Shown: positions 39,177-52,117, counted from the first letter of the stretch. The stretch is DNA of 64,000 bases from Heteronotia binoei (GCF_032191835.1 NC_083228.1:105896001-105960000); one strand, 5' to 3'. The notes: a model not told the origin generated them from the sequence alone. Translations and numbers: made by a program.

Positions 39177-39849
39177 CTAAAAACATACAATTCAGCTGTA
39201 CTTTTCTGGGTAGTGGAATAGCAATGCAATCCTATGCCTAAATCAGTAGAAGTTGGTGCTCTTAAAATGATGGAATGCTGCTTTAGGACTACACTGTAAA
39301 CCACTTTTTCTTTTGATACTGAATTAGGAACTTGTGATAGTCAAAAGAACTTCGAAATGGAGATCTCTAGAAGACAAATACCCACAAATTATTTTGACAG
39401 ATTCTTAGTGTTTCCTACGTGTTCAGGGAAAAAATAGTTTCCAAAAACCTCCAGTATTGTATTCTACTGGCCATATAGTTAGAAATCTATCTGTTTCTGC
39501 CCCACATTCTCTAAGAATACTAACTTTGTACATATTGACCTTTCTCTGTGCTGATTGAGAATGAGATGGGGGACAACACACTGAGCCCACCCCCTTCCTC
39601 CGCTTGATCAACAGCTTGAGAGCATGGCGCCTACATGTGGAGAAAGTGTCCACATGCATGCCCCCCCAACCAGCAATATTAGGAAAGCAGTGTCCCTGAT
39701 CATAGGGACTTGTGGGCCCTGCCTCTCTGTGGGACAGGGATCATGTGGGGGGAGACTCCAACATGCTCATTTCTCCTTTCCCTCTCCCTGAATTTAGTCA
39801 GTGAGTAGAGGAGTCATGACTGCAGGGCTGCTATGACGTACTTCTTATT

Positions 39850-42800
39850 TTCTTAATGTAAAATGAATAACGAATACATATTATTTTAGGGATATGGAAT
39901 CAGAAACGTTATCAATCAAGATCCAACCCAAAGAATGTTGGTTCTAAAATATCACAAATGCTCTGAACAAAAGCAAATTTATTTCTGACATGGAAAAGTG
40001 ATTGGAAACAGGCCATAGTTCGGGAGCCTCACTGTCTAGGTTTCATTCCCCAGCCTTCAAGAGAGAAGGCAAGTGAAAAAAGTGACTTAATAGAGAGGTA
40101 TATGACAAGGGCATCACCCAGCATAGACAGCCCATTTCCTGCTGAACTGGTTCACCTCATCTAGTGTTTCTCTGTCAATAATGGATCCATCTCAATGTCT
40201 CTGGGTGGTTTTTTTCTGATTCTAGAAAAACACAGCTCTTGGTTCCATAAGCGCTATCATTCTCATGGCTACGACCATTGCCTGCTAGACTGGCATGAAG
40301 GGTCTGCTGACCTAAAAAAAATAGTGGAAGGCAGAGGCAGAGACATGGCCTCAAGCTACATTAGGAGAAGCAAATGGTAAATGACCAGCTCATCTTTTCC
40401 CACTATCCTTGTTTCCCACAACTATCTCACATTTCAAGACATGCTTTAGGAGAGCTTTCTGATCATATAGAATCATAGGTGGCCAGTGACAGCATGAAAC
40501 TCAATGAATAATCCAGCTTCCACTGCTATGTGCTACCCTTACCAACCAGAAATGTACTGCAGCAATGGAGGTGTGGGGACACAGCTGTAGTATGTGCAGG
40601 CATGCAGCTTCTTAGTGGCTGTTGGCACTCAGCTCCTGCAAGTGATGTCCTTACCATATTATTACAGCCAAGGCAAATGTTTTGGACTGGGTGGGTGAGC
40701 AGTCTTAAGAGAGTGGGGACTAGAGATTTGGTTGTTGATTAGTCAGTGGTTCAATAAAATGAATGGGTAGAATGATATCTGGCAAAGTCCTAAATTGTTT
40801 TTGTTCATTGCTTGCACACAAAATGTCATGCTGTACTCCATGAAATGTAATTACATCCACATGAGTGAACACTGAGTGGAACATAGGGACCCACATTTGC
40901 AATTACCATAAACTATAGGAGGCACATTTATTTCCACCTCTGGCATGAGACCTGTGCCTCAGGGAGTCTGACAAATTATCCCTTCTTCTGGTAGTGGCTG
41001 TTGAAGATGAAAATCTCCTGCCAACCACAATCCCCATCAGGAAGGGACCTTGCCTGCTTTTGTGAATCATGGATCAGGTGTCACATTGGAAAACAATGGC
41101 CAGAGGAGCCACATATAGCATATCAAAGAGCCACCTCTCACCACTGAGCCACTGAGTGGGTATCATTGGACTACCTGATCAGATCAGCTCAAATCCCCAT
41201 TTTGTCATTCTTTCAATCTAACCTGCCTCGCAGGGTTGTTGTGAGGACAAAACAGAAAAGAAGAGAACCATATACACTGTCATGAGCCGCTTGGAAGAAG
41301 ACAGAGAATAACTAGGGGAGGGGTGCACATTAACTTGGCTTTAAGCACACAGAACAAAATAAAAACAATGGGAATTGCAACTCTGTCAGAGTTCAACAAG
41401 TTTGTTGTGTCAGAGAACCATCTGCAGTGGGGAGGGGGATGTCTTAGTACTTCTGTGGTCAAGGGCAAAAGTCCTGGATGGGGCTCCACAATCACTGCCA
41501 TCACCACCACCCCATCTGGGGCCACACCAGACTGAAGAAAGAGATGGCCTTTACCCCATGCAAGATGGCTGCATGCATATGGACACCACCCAGAGGGCTT
41601 CTGCCTAAACCCCAGAAGGGAAGGGCGCTTGCAACACCCACTGAGCTTGCCAACAGCTGCCCAAGCTCTGGAAAGGGTGGGTGCATGTGGCAAAATAAAA
41701 CAGAAGTCCACTAGCACTGTAATGTACTCGATGACGAGACGTGTTGAAGGCAACATACTTTATTAGATGGTACATCACAAGAGAGAGAATGGCGGGCCGG
41801 GTCCCGATTATATACATGCCCCGGAACAACCCTCCTTGAGGCCAGGTCCAATCCTGGTCAGTTAAACTTCTTGATTGGTGGTGTGTATTTGCGAGCTACA
41901 TCCAAGGAACAGTGGGGTTCCACTGGTCGCCTCTGTAGCATGCTCTGTGCTGTACATAGAAATTAGAATGCAGGACATAACAAGCACCTTGAGCTAGCTG
42001 CTGGCTAAGCCCTAGAGTGGGCAGGTGTGTATGTGTGGCCACAACTGAACTGGCTCCTTGACACCTGGAGGGGGTAGGCAGGCACAAAGAGTGACAAAAT
42101 CCTGCCAGCTTTTTCACTTTTTTTCTCTCCATAGGAGGAGTGAGAACCATGGGCAACTGGGCACTGTTTCTAGTTCCAGTCTCCAAATTTAGGCACCCAC
42201 AGATGGTGAAAATTAGATATATTGATAGACCTATACCTTGTGTAAATATTTCCTGCATTCCATCCTGAGTATTCAGAAATACAACATTGGTAGCAGCCTT
42301 AACAACTTGCCATGGGTTTTCCCAGAATGTCAATGGTTGCTTATTGGTTGGGTTTTTTACGTGTGTGTGTGGGGGGGGGGGGAGAAACAAATAAATATCT
42401 TTCTCAGGACTCCTTATTTCAGAAGCATCAATTGTAATGACTATGTAATGATGCTTATTTTTGATACGTTCATCTAATATCAGTAAAAAAGCTGTTTGTT
42501 TTTTCTCTTTTTTCTTTCCCTCCCCTCCCACAGTTGACTAGTTAAGAAACAGAAAAAAGCTACATGTTGTTTTGCTGCTTCATATATATTACCAATTATG
42601 AGAAATGCTCTTATTACAATATTTTCTTCACAATACAGTTAGGAGGACCCAAGCAGTGACTTTGGGGGAACATTGCTCTATAAAGAAATGTTTACCTTTT
42701 TATTTTTCATTGAAAATGGGTGATTTTGTTGATTTTTAATCTTCTTTAGCTTCTCACTTGGCAATTAAGAGACAAATAGACTCTGCTGTCTGCCAGTAAG

Positions 42801-44870
42801 TGGAGCTCTTTGCTAGTTTAGAAAAGTACGTATCGGCCATTATGATACATTTTTTGGTAGAAAAAGTGCTTTATGATTGTGGAGAATGGGTTCTTTTAAT
42901 TTACTCTAAGACGCCCAGAGGTAATACATGATTATAAGCATAAATATATATTCTTTTCAAGCCTTGTCAAACTATGTAAGAACTCAGAAACAAAAACCCT
43001 GGGTAATGTCAGAAACTATTACCAAAAATTGCTGTCTGGAGTCCTGTTCAAGTATCCATTTGTACATTTGAAGGGCTCTGTGCAAACCAAGACTATGTCC
43101 CATGTCCCTGTTAACAACATCTGTACATTCCTGGCTTACATTTGTATAGACCCCATGTACATACACCAAAATGCACACCCCAGTAAGGGTCAGGTTCACA
43201 AGCAACAACAACCCAGTTCTATGCATGTTTGCTCAGATATAAATTCCACTGTGCTGAGTGAGATTCATTAACATGCATAGAATTGCAGCCTTAAATTCTC
43301 CATTCATTAAGAATGATTAACAGATTAGCAGTGCAATCCTGACCAGTTACAGCCTTCTAGGCTCACACTGAAGATCAATATATGAATAATAGGAATAATT
43401 TATTTTTGCATGCAGCTGAATCCCAACCATTTTATTTAGCACTCGTTTTTCATTTCTGGATATCTTAACCAATTTTTAATGTTATTACAGTGCATTGGTT
43501 TTATGATTGTTACTTGCCTTGGGTTCCAGTTTTCTGCATAAAAGGTAAAATAATAAATATGCCAAACAATTAAATTTAAATAAGTCTTCTTAATTTTAGT
43601 GGGATATTTATTTGTATGAATTTTTTTGTTATATCACCTTTATTTTCCACTTTGTCTTCCATCATGGAATTCAAAATATTGGCTTTCCAAAAAGTCTCCT
43701 GGGCACTGTCAGACCCACACCTGACCAGCTTCAGCAGTAGAGTTGCCAGGCCCTGACCTGGATAGCCCAGGCAAGCCTGGTCTCATCAGACCTCAGAAGC
43801 TAAGTAGGATCAACTCTGGCAAATACCTGGATGGCAGACCTCCTTGAAATACCAGCAGTCAAGAAGAGAGGGACAGCTACTTCCCTGAATATTCAGCCAC
43901 TTCCCTGAATATCCTCCAGGCCTCTAGTAGGGGGTCAGTCATGACTTCCAGGTACACACACACACAAATACAAAAACAAAAAAACTCAGTAGAGTTGCCA
44001 GATCTCCTGCCAGCAACTGGCAGCTCCTCATCCACTCACCCAAACTCAGTAGGCCAGTTTGGGAAAAAATACTGCAAAAAAACTCCATCTCTGCTATGGT
44101 GTGATGGCTTTTCCAAGGGGCATCCAGAAGTGATGTCACACCACTTTGGGATTCACTGGAAACTATGGTAAAACCAAAGAGCTTCTGCTGAACCCTATAT
44201 CTGGATAACATCAGTTCCCTGTTCACCCCAGAAATGATGTCAAATGGTCAATGTGCCAGCATCCCACCATATCCCCACCACCCAGTCTCTCATTGGATGC
44301 CATCTACTAGTTGGCAACCCTATTCAACAGGGCAATATTGCCATCAACCATACCCTGATTTCCAAAATGGCTGAAATAATCTAAAGCAATGAAATTGTAC
44401 ATACCACAAGTGTTTCCCAATAAAACATTGGCTATATATTTTATTCAGAAAGAACAATGTGTTTTTTCTTGAAAATGTGAGCATCTGCTTTCTCATCAGT
44501 AGCTTCTTGTTATAAAACCTGACAGTGGACACTTGTCTCTCAGCACATGGAAGGTCTATTATTTCAGACAAATTCTAGTAGTGCACTCTCAGGTTTAACA
44601 TGGTCTCACATAAAGCCAAAAAGAAAATGATGCTTTCTGGAGTGCTAGTGGAACAAGCCTCCAGGGTTCAGAAACATATGCTCCACTCAATTGTATACAA
44701 CTGTGCTCCAGGAATTACTCTGTCATCCTGCTGTAATGAGGGCTTGTCTTTATGTTCTCTCCACCTCACACGTTTATGCAACATTATAGCTAATCTTTTC
44801 ATCTGTACACCGCAATAAAAAACACAGAAAAGGTATTTGAAGCAATTTCAAATCAAACGTTGACAAACCA
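39850..44870 (-). pseudogene. V2R-like pseudogene copy 5 (exon 3 to exon 6, fragmented by insertions)
   Basis: Translations include MLHKRVRW (LLHFRWTW), SICF (GICVAF) and IGKHLW (IGKVW) at 44340-44870. GHSLG, *FDKA (SFDEN) and NVS*WP (AIVWP) lie at 42820-43240. QCSPKV and TAWVL lie at 42600-42680, and HIPKI (FFPKC) near 39880. Confidence 0.55.
41718..41982 (-). mobile_element. Solo LTR (265 bp)
   Basis: Termini are TGTAA...ATAACA on the plus strand. A 5-bp TSD AGCAC lies at 41713-41717 and 41983-41987. The minus strand has AATAAA and TATATA. Confidence 0.85.
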
Positions 44871-45795
44871 TTCAATATTTGATTTTTCTAGCTTGATCTT
44901 AGCATGCATATTGTCAGAATCCATACTATGTCTTCTATCATATCTTTGTGATTGTTTCAGGTTTGTGTTGTATTGTCTGAACTCTGTACTGTTACATATC
45001 ATGTCCTTGGGGAATGGTTGGGGAATAACTTTAAAGTATTCTTTTCTGAATTGCTTTGGAACCTGGGAACCACCTTGTGAATTACTCCTCCTCAGTGCGC
45101 CATCTGAGGAAAGGAGAGATGTGTCCTTCCAGGTAACACCTTGCCATTTACATTATAGAGCAAGCACTTTTTTATGCTAGCTGGGTCTAGGAGGGGGGAG
45201 GGGAGAGTTGGGAACTGAGCTTATTTAGAACTTTTTGTACTGATTACTTTCATTCCTAGCATGCCTCTGCAATGAGAAGGGTTATGTACTATAGCAACTC
45301 AATAGGGCTTCACTTATACCTTTATAGAGGAAGTCTATCTGATGGTTACTTGACAAACCTCTCTCTCTCACACACGCACACACATACACTTTTGTTGTCA
45401 AGTTGATCCCATGTGGTTCACTTACAGTGATCCCATAGGTTTTCAAGGCATGAGACTTTCAGAGGTGATTTGCCATTGCCTGTGTTTGGGTGGTTTCACA
45501 CAGGAGATTTGGCCCGACCTAACCCCGCCTCCCATTTGGATTAAAAGTGCACGATCACACAAGCACATCTGCCCTCCGAGCTACACCCATTCTCACCCCG
45601 TCTTCTATCTGCATCAAAAAGCTACCTGGATTTTCTGGGTAGCATCCCCCTGAATCAGATGTAGGTCACATAATCAGCTATTGTCTGAATGCCCTGGAGT
45701 GACTCATAAGTGGAAGAGCTGTGTGATCATGCCATGCCATTTCTGGCAAGGTTGGGGGGGGGGGGTCCCCCAGCCGTATCTCTGAGGTGCACTTG

Positions 45796-46071
45796 TGTAA
45801 TGTACTGAGAACTGAGACGGTTGGAAGGCAACATTCTTTATTGCGAGCACATTACAAGAGAGGGAACACGTGGCCCGGGCCCCGCTTATATACGTTGTCC
45901 GGAACTGCCCCCTGGAATTGACCAGGCCAATCCTGGCCCATCCAAACTTCCCGCCACAAGTCTTGGTGGGTGGGGTGAGTGGCGAGCTCCATCCGGGGAC
46001 CCTGGTGTCGCCTTCTGTAGAGCCCGCCATGCAATACACTCTAAGGTACACTTTAAGGTCAATACATAACA
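45796..46071 (-). mobile_element. Solo LTR (276 bp), related to the 41718 LTR
   Basis: It has the same termini as the 41718 LTR. A 5-bp TSD ACTTG lies at 45791-45795 and 46072-46076. Confidence 0.85.
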
Positions 46072-47269
46072 ACTTGTGTGCTTCCCCAACTGAGCATGCA
46101 CACACAGGGGCCTTTTTAAAAAAGACACCCCTTTCTGCAGCAGGTCCATGGTTGAGCCTGGCTAGCAGTGTGAATGGGCAACCACGGACCACTGCTGGGA
46201 TCCTGCCATTTCAGCAGCAGCTGTCTGATAGCCCAGAAACGGATCAAACTGAAGTAGACTTTTTCACAACAGGATACAATTGTGCAAGTTTCACAGTGTG
46301 AAACCAGCCTTTGTGTAACAACCCTTATCTTTAGTAATCTCCAATCCAAGAACTAATCAAGGCTGATCCTGCTTAGCTTCCAAGATCTGATGAGATCAGG
46401 GTAGCCTGGGCTACTGTGTTGTCTCCTATTTTCTTCTATTAAAATTATTGGCTTCACATAGGGTGGGCAAGGCTGTTCTAATCCAAGCATTTAATAGGAA
46501 AGCATATATAAACATTATTGGGGTCCTTTATTCTGTGTGTTGTTCTTTAACATGTATACTGTGTGTTGTTCTTTAACGTTTTATATCTTTCTTTTTTATT
46601 TTCTTGTTACTAGTGTTAGACTCCCCCCACCATTCTTTATTAGTTTTCCATTGGTTTCAGTTAGAAACATATTTCTGCCTATAACTTCTTTGTTTCCTAC
46701 CCAACTGGGATGAAATTCCCAGAGATTGTACACACATATATAGTTCTTCTCACCAGCCATATTGTTTGCAGATAGGAGAGAGAATCCCTGTTTTATAGGC
46801 AATTAAAATGTTCACTTGCACAGCAGACACAGGAAGGAGTGAATAGGCATGCCATATTTTTCTCTTTCCTAGGATCTTTAAGAAGGGCAAGGAAGGAGTC
46901 TGTTCTTAACCACATAATATGTAGACTAAATTCTATGGCTTTCATTGTTTGATCTCCACTCCTCCTCTCAAAAATCTATCACTGCCATTTAGAACCACTG
47001 CTGCTGAGGGATGATGATGAAGAAGATATTGGATTTGTATCCCACCCTCCACTCCAAAGAGTCTCAGAGCGGCTCACAATCTCCTTTACCTTCCTCCCCC
47101 ACAACAGACACCCTGTGAGGTGGGTGGGGCAGGAGAGGGCTCTCACAGCAGCTGCCCTTTCAAGGACAACCTCTGCCAGAGCTATGGCTGACCCAAAGCC
47201 ATGCTAGCAGGTGCAAGTGGAGGAGTGGGGAATCAAACCCGGTTCTCCCAGATAAGAGTCCGTACACTT

Positions 47270-47982
47270 CTCATATCCAGTTCCATGGTAACAGCATGGT
47301 GATCCGAGAAGGAAAATGGGCAGATTTGGGAATTCGTGACCAGGTGAAACCTTGACCTCGAAATCAGAAAGTAGTCAATCCTTGCCATACTCTGGTGGAC
47401 GTGCGAGTAGTGAGTAAACCCTTTTTGGTCTTTATGCTGTTCTCTCCACACGTCTACCAAGCCTAACTCCTTCATTGCTGCTGTTAGCGCTGCCCAAGCC
47501 CTTGGGGACCTTAGATCTGACTTGGTGCTTCGATCTTTTTCATTATCTAGGACTAAGTTAAAATCTCCGCCCATAATTATCCATTCGAAATCCACTTTCA
47601 TTAGAATAGAGACCACATCCTTAATAATGGCAGGATCATCCTTATTTGATCCATAAAAATTTACCAAGGCAACCTTTTGTCCATACATTAAGCCGCTTAG
47701 AACAATGTAGCGTCCCTGGGGATCAGAAATCTTCATTAAGTTACTCCAGCCCAAGCGTCCACGAATAATTATTGCGACACCGCGAGCATTCCTCTCATAT
47801 CCTGAAGTGTAGACCTGGTCACCTTGGAATTTAGCCAGCAAGGAGCTTTCATTGTCCAAAATATGAGACTCTTGGATTAATACTATGTCCGCATTCCGAA
47901 GGACCTGAGTCCTTAAAACTATCGCTCTCTTCTTAGGGTCTCTGAGGCCTCGTGCATTAAGCGATGCTACTTTAACTGACAT
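47270..47982 (-). CDS. L1 ORF2 APE-type endonuclease domain (truncated)
   Basis: Motifs ASLNARGL, IQESH, GGDFN, RIDYFLIS and SDH lie in one open frame, which then runs into a SINE. Confidence 0.9.
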
Positions 47983-49485
47983 CTTAGTTCAACCTCTGGT
48001 CGTTCGGCCAGGGGCCAGAGAGCAATCCTCCTCCTCCCATACCATCTTGGCAATGCTACTGCACCCCGTGTATAAGTCCCCTCCATGGCGAACCTACGCC
48101 TTGGAGGGTAACTGCCCCCACCTATTCTTCCAACTTCCATGTTAGAATCCAGAACAAAGCAAAAAATTTTAAAAAAGGCAATCGCCCCGGGCTAAAAAAA
48201 AAAAAAAAAAACCATTAATCTACTCAAATCATAGAGATCAGTAGTCTCTCTTTGGTCTGTACTGTAACAAATTCTAGGGTCCCTAATAGACCTCTATGGG
48301 CCCATCTCCATCCTACTTAATCACCTAATACACAGACAAATTGAATCTCCTCATTCCCTTCAACATCCAGCCATGCCAGTACAAAGTTTACCCTGAAATT
48401 AACATCCTGCAAATTCCCTTGTTTCACACATCTTGCCCTCAACCCCTCCTGGCTCTTGCATTAAGCTGATATAAGGTTTGTATTCCGTTTATATGAGCTA
48501 ACCAACCCTAAATAGCCTGCTTTTCCCTTTACATTCTCTTCAAGACTTGCATAACCTTGTCTTATCACTAATTAATTATCATTAATTAACAAGTATTTCT
48601 AGAATAACCATTGGGCATATATCATTGAAGGTCTCTCCTGCCTAGCCTCCAGCACATGGTTGACAACCAAATCTACATAAGAAATTCAAAGAAATAATTC
48701 ATCTATAGCACAGACCTAATAAACAATAATCACAAACTGAATTATTTCCCACTTGCCATCCATTAATTAATGAGTGTTGGTAAGTTACTGGGTTAAAGAC
48801 TTTGCATCATTAACAACCCAGCTGGAGAGTGCATTCAGGATTACCTTCAAAAGCATAATTGCAAACAATTGCCAGGGTGGGATTCATATAAACAGATCCT
48901 CTATAAGCCTTTAAAATTACGCAGCCACCCAATTCAGAGTTGAACCCTTCTTACGTTAATCAGGACTTCATAAACGGAGGGATAATCAGGTGCCCAGAAA
49001 ACTATAAATTACATTCCTTTAACCAGACCAAGCAAATAGGGTTTTACGTCACCACGTCATTAGTTATTGTCCCCCTGATATTAATACAGATCCAACATGG
49101 AAACCCCAGGTGGAATATGTCCAGGGTCCTAGCAGGTCTTGTATATAGAAGAAGCCAGATCACCTAGTCAACTTAATGCAAAGGGGAAAAAAAAGAAAAA
49201 CTTTATTTTAGTGTCTTCCACCTTAGCACTTAGAAAGAACTTAGAAACAGCGTGGAGGAAAACCATTATAAGGACCCATGCGAGGGAGGTGAGGGGGGCT
49301 ATTATCTGCATTCAGTATAGGGTATCCAACAGGAAAAAGGACATGGGGAAAGCTGAGAAAAGACCAAAGGGTTTTGAGTAGTGGGGATAGTAAGCAAGAA
49401 GGAAAGAAAGAAGGAAAAAGAAACAACCACCACCCGGCTTTAATTGCAAGAATCCAAAGACTGTCCATGCTTCACGGCGCAAGCC

Positions 49486-50373
49486 TCAAGTGTCCATTGT
49501 TCCTGGTACAGTCTCTCCTTCAATAGCACGTAGATAGTCTTCTGCACTTTGTGGGGTGTGAAATAGGACTCTTCTGCCATTGCGAATCAGCACCAGTGTA
49601 GACGGAAAAAGGATAAAGTTCTCCACCTTTAATTTCCGAGCTAATTCCTTGGCTGTCTTATATGCACGACGCTTTTGAATTATTGCAATTGGGAGATCTG
49701 GGTAAAGTGAAAAAGAGGCTGGTTGGCCCTGCCAGAAAATGCCCTCCCCCATGGATAATTCCCGGAACTTGCGTAGGACGAAATCACGCGTAGACACACG
49801 TACAAAAGAGATCAGCAGCGTGGATCTTATTAACCCTTCTGGGCCTGGTCTGATAAGTCGCACCACGTCAGCAATTTCTAAAGGGAACTCCACTGGGAGC
49901 TTAAGGATATGGTGGAAGAAATTGTTTGCAAAATCAACCAGCTCTGCTGGGGCCCGAGCTGTCAAATCTTTAAGTCCTACTAAACGCAGGTTACGGCGTC
50001 GAGACTGCCCCTCTAGAACGTCTACCTTCTCACGCAGGGCAAGGACCTCCTTCCTTGTTTCACCCGCTGCTGTAGCTTGTTCGGCCACTGTATTTTCTAT
50101 AGCCACTACTTTCCCCTCACACTGCTGCACTCTGTTTAAAGCCTCAGCAGTAATTTGCTGTATCTGCTGCAGCTGCTGAGTTATTTGAATCGGGAGAGAC
50201 TCCATTCGTGCTGATAATGCATCTATTTTCTTCTCTAGCTTCTCCAATGAGGAGCCCTCTGATACAGAAGCTACCTCAGCCATTAGAGTCTCCTCTTCAC
50301 CCTCAGAGTCGTCTTCTGCCCCCCTTCTACCCCGTGTATCCTTCTTTCTTTTTTGCTGTAGTCTTGGAGGCAT
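49486..50373 (-). CDS. L1 ORF1p-like RNA-binding protein (295 aa, open)
   Basis: A coiled-coil region is followed by EGQSRRRNLRLVGL (the L1 ORF1 RRM start), then a YPDL...RR...LFPSTL C-terminal domain. Confidence 0.88.
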   Translation of the reverse strand: MPPRLQQKRKKDTRGRRGAEDDSEGEEETLMAEVASVSEGSSLEKLEKKIDALSARMESLPIQITQQLQQIQQITAEALNRVQQCEGKVVAIENTVAEQATAAGETRKEVLALREKVDVLEGQSRRRNLRLVGLKDLTARAPAELVDFANNFFHHILKLPVEFPLEIADVVRLIRPGPEGLIRSTLLISFVRVSTRDFVLRKFRELSMGEGIFWQGQPASFSLYPDLPIAIIQKRRAYKTAKELARKLKVENFILFPSTLVLIRNGRRVLFHTPQSAEDYLRAIEGETVPGTMDT

Positions 50374-50996
50374 CAGCTGTAAAGGAGGGGGGAGGAGGGA
50401 GGGAACGTGCCGTGCAAGCGTGGGGAAATCTCCAGTCCTGGCAGCTTAGCCCAAACAAAGTTCAGAAGGAGACTTGACCCCACTGTTCACCAGGTCTTAC
50501 GATGACAAACAGGAAAATTTAATTCACTTATCTGTCCAAAACCGCTCTAATTGCCAAAAACTTCCCGAGCTCTTTTACTGTAGTTTTGAAGGCTTCGGCT
50601 TCGGCTGTGAAGGAGGGGGGAGGGGGGAAACCTGCCGTATAAGCGTAGGAAATTCTTCGCTCCTGGCAGCTTAGCCCACACAAAGTTCAGAAGGAGACTT
50701 AACCCCACTGTTCAGCAGGTCTTGCAATAACAAACAAGAAAATTTAGTTCACTTATCTGTCCATAAATCACTCTAATTGGCAAAAAAAACGCCCGGAGCT
50801 TCCACCAGCCGCGTCGTCTCACACCATTCCGGAAACAGGAAGAAACAGGCCACACCCCCTGACATCACCATTGTTTAGTATAGGGCTTTTCTGTAGAAAA
50901 AGCCCAACAGAAGCTCATTTGCATATTAGGGCACACCCCGTGATAGCAAGCCAGCCGGAACTGTGTTCCTGTGTGTTCCTGCTCAAAAAAAGCCCT

Positions 50997-51495
50997 GGTA
51001 CCGGTCCACAGCCTATTTCTAAGTGGGCCTTGCAGCTGCTCACCCCCTCCCATGTAGCCTCGCCGTCCCCCTGCGCAGCCTCACCGTCCCCCATTTATAC
51101 CACTTTAAGGCCGGGGAAGGTTCCATGAAGTGCTTTCCAGACCAACCTCCCCTGCCCCCTGCTGATCAGCTGATTCAATCAGCGGGAAAAACCGCGGCAG
51201 CAGCAGTGAGTGACTGCTGAAACAGCCGTGCTGCCATAGTTTTCCCGGTCAATTGGATCAGCTGATTGGCCGGGGGGAAGGAGGTCGGTCTGGAAGGTCC
51301 CTGGCCTTAAAGTGGTAAAAACAGGAGGCGGTGAGGCTGCACGGGGGCGGGTGGCAAGGCTGCAGAGGGGGGCGGGGCAGAGGAGGAAACTAGGGGAGGA
51401 GGAGGTGCCATGGGGGGATGGGGGCAGCCACTGGGGCCACAGTGGGCCGGCCAGCCCTGGGGCTGGTCCCTGGGATAAAAGGTTGGGGGCCTCTG
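50997..51495. mobile_element. hAT/Charlie-like MITE with a large internal hairpin
   Basis: It ends aaaaggttgggggcctctg. The internal arms ccactttaaggcc...ttccagacc...gatcagctga pair with tcagctga...ggtctggaa...ggccttaaagtgg. Confidence 0.6.
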
Positions 51496-52117
51496 CTCTA
51501 TATGACAGCCTTTCAAGTATTTGAAGATGGTTATCATATCACCTCTCAGTTATCTCTTTTTCATGCTAAACATACCCAGAGCCTTCAACCTCTCCTTGTA
51601 GGACTTGGTCTCCAGATCCCTCACGATCTTTATTGTCCTCCTCTGGACATGTTCCAGCTTGTCTATATCCTTCTTAAATTGTGGTTCCCAAAACTGAACA
51701 CAATACTCTAGGTGAGGTCTAACTAGAGCAGAGTAAAGCAATACCATCACTTCACATGACTTGGACGAATTGAATTTGCCTTTTTAGCTATCGCATCATG
51801 CTTCTGACTCATGTTCAGTATATGGTCCACTATAACCCCTAGATCCTTTTCACACATACTACTGCCAAGGCAAGTCTCCTCCATCCTATAATGATGGATT
51901 TTGTTTTTCCTACCTAAATGCAGAACTTTACATTTATTCCCATTAAAAGTAATATATATATATATATATATTGTTTTGGCCCAGTTTTCCAGCCTGTCAA
52001 GGTCATCCTGTATCCTGTTTCTGTCTTCTACTGTATTTGCAACCCCTCTCAATTTAGTATCATCTGCAAAATTAATAATCATTCCCTCTATTCCTTCCTT
52101 CAAATCATTCATAAAGA
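51496..52117 (-). mobile_element. CR1 LINE RT fragment
   Basis: Translations include FADDTKLRGVANTVEDRNRIQDDLDRLENW and [13 protein letters not shown]. It is the same subfamily as the CR1 at 34790-37412. Confidence 0.92.

Larger units (their letters stand above)
47270..50842 (-). mobile_element. L1-clade LINE: 5' UTR, ORF1, long spacer and endonuclease; RT and 3' end missing
   Basis: ORF1 lies at 49486-50373 and ORF2 starts at 47982. The 5' UTR contains two monomers of about 228 bp. Confidence 0.88.

Noticed and set aside
38965-39180. Plus-strand STEA...HTKAI resemblance to a TAS2R bitter receptor
   Set aside because: The match is short, needs a frameshift and lacks supporting TM motifs. 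The minus strand fits V2R exons 1-2 better.
49739-50179. 146-aa plus-strand ORF
   Set aside because: It is the antisense shadow of L1 ORF1 with no recognisable motifs.
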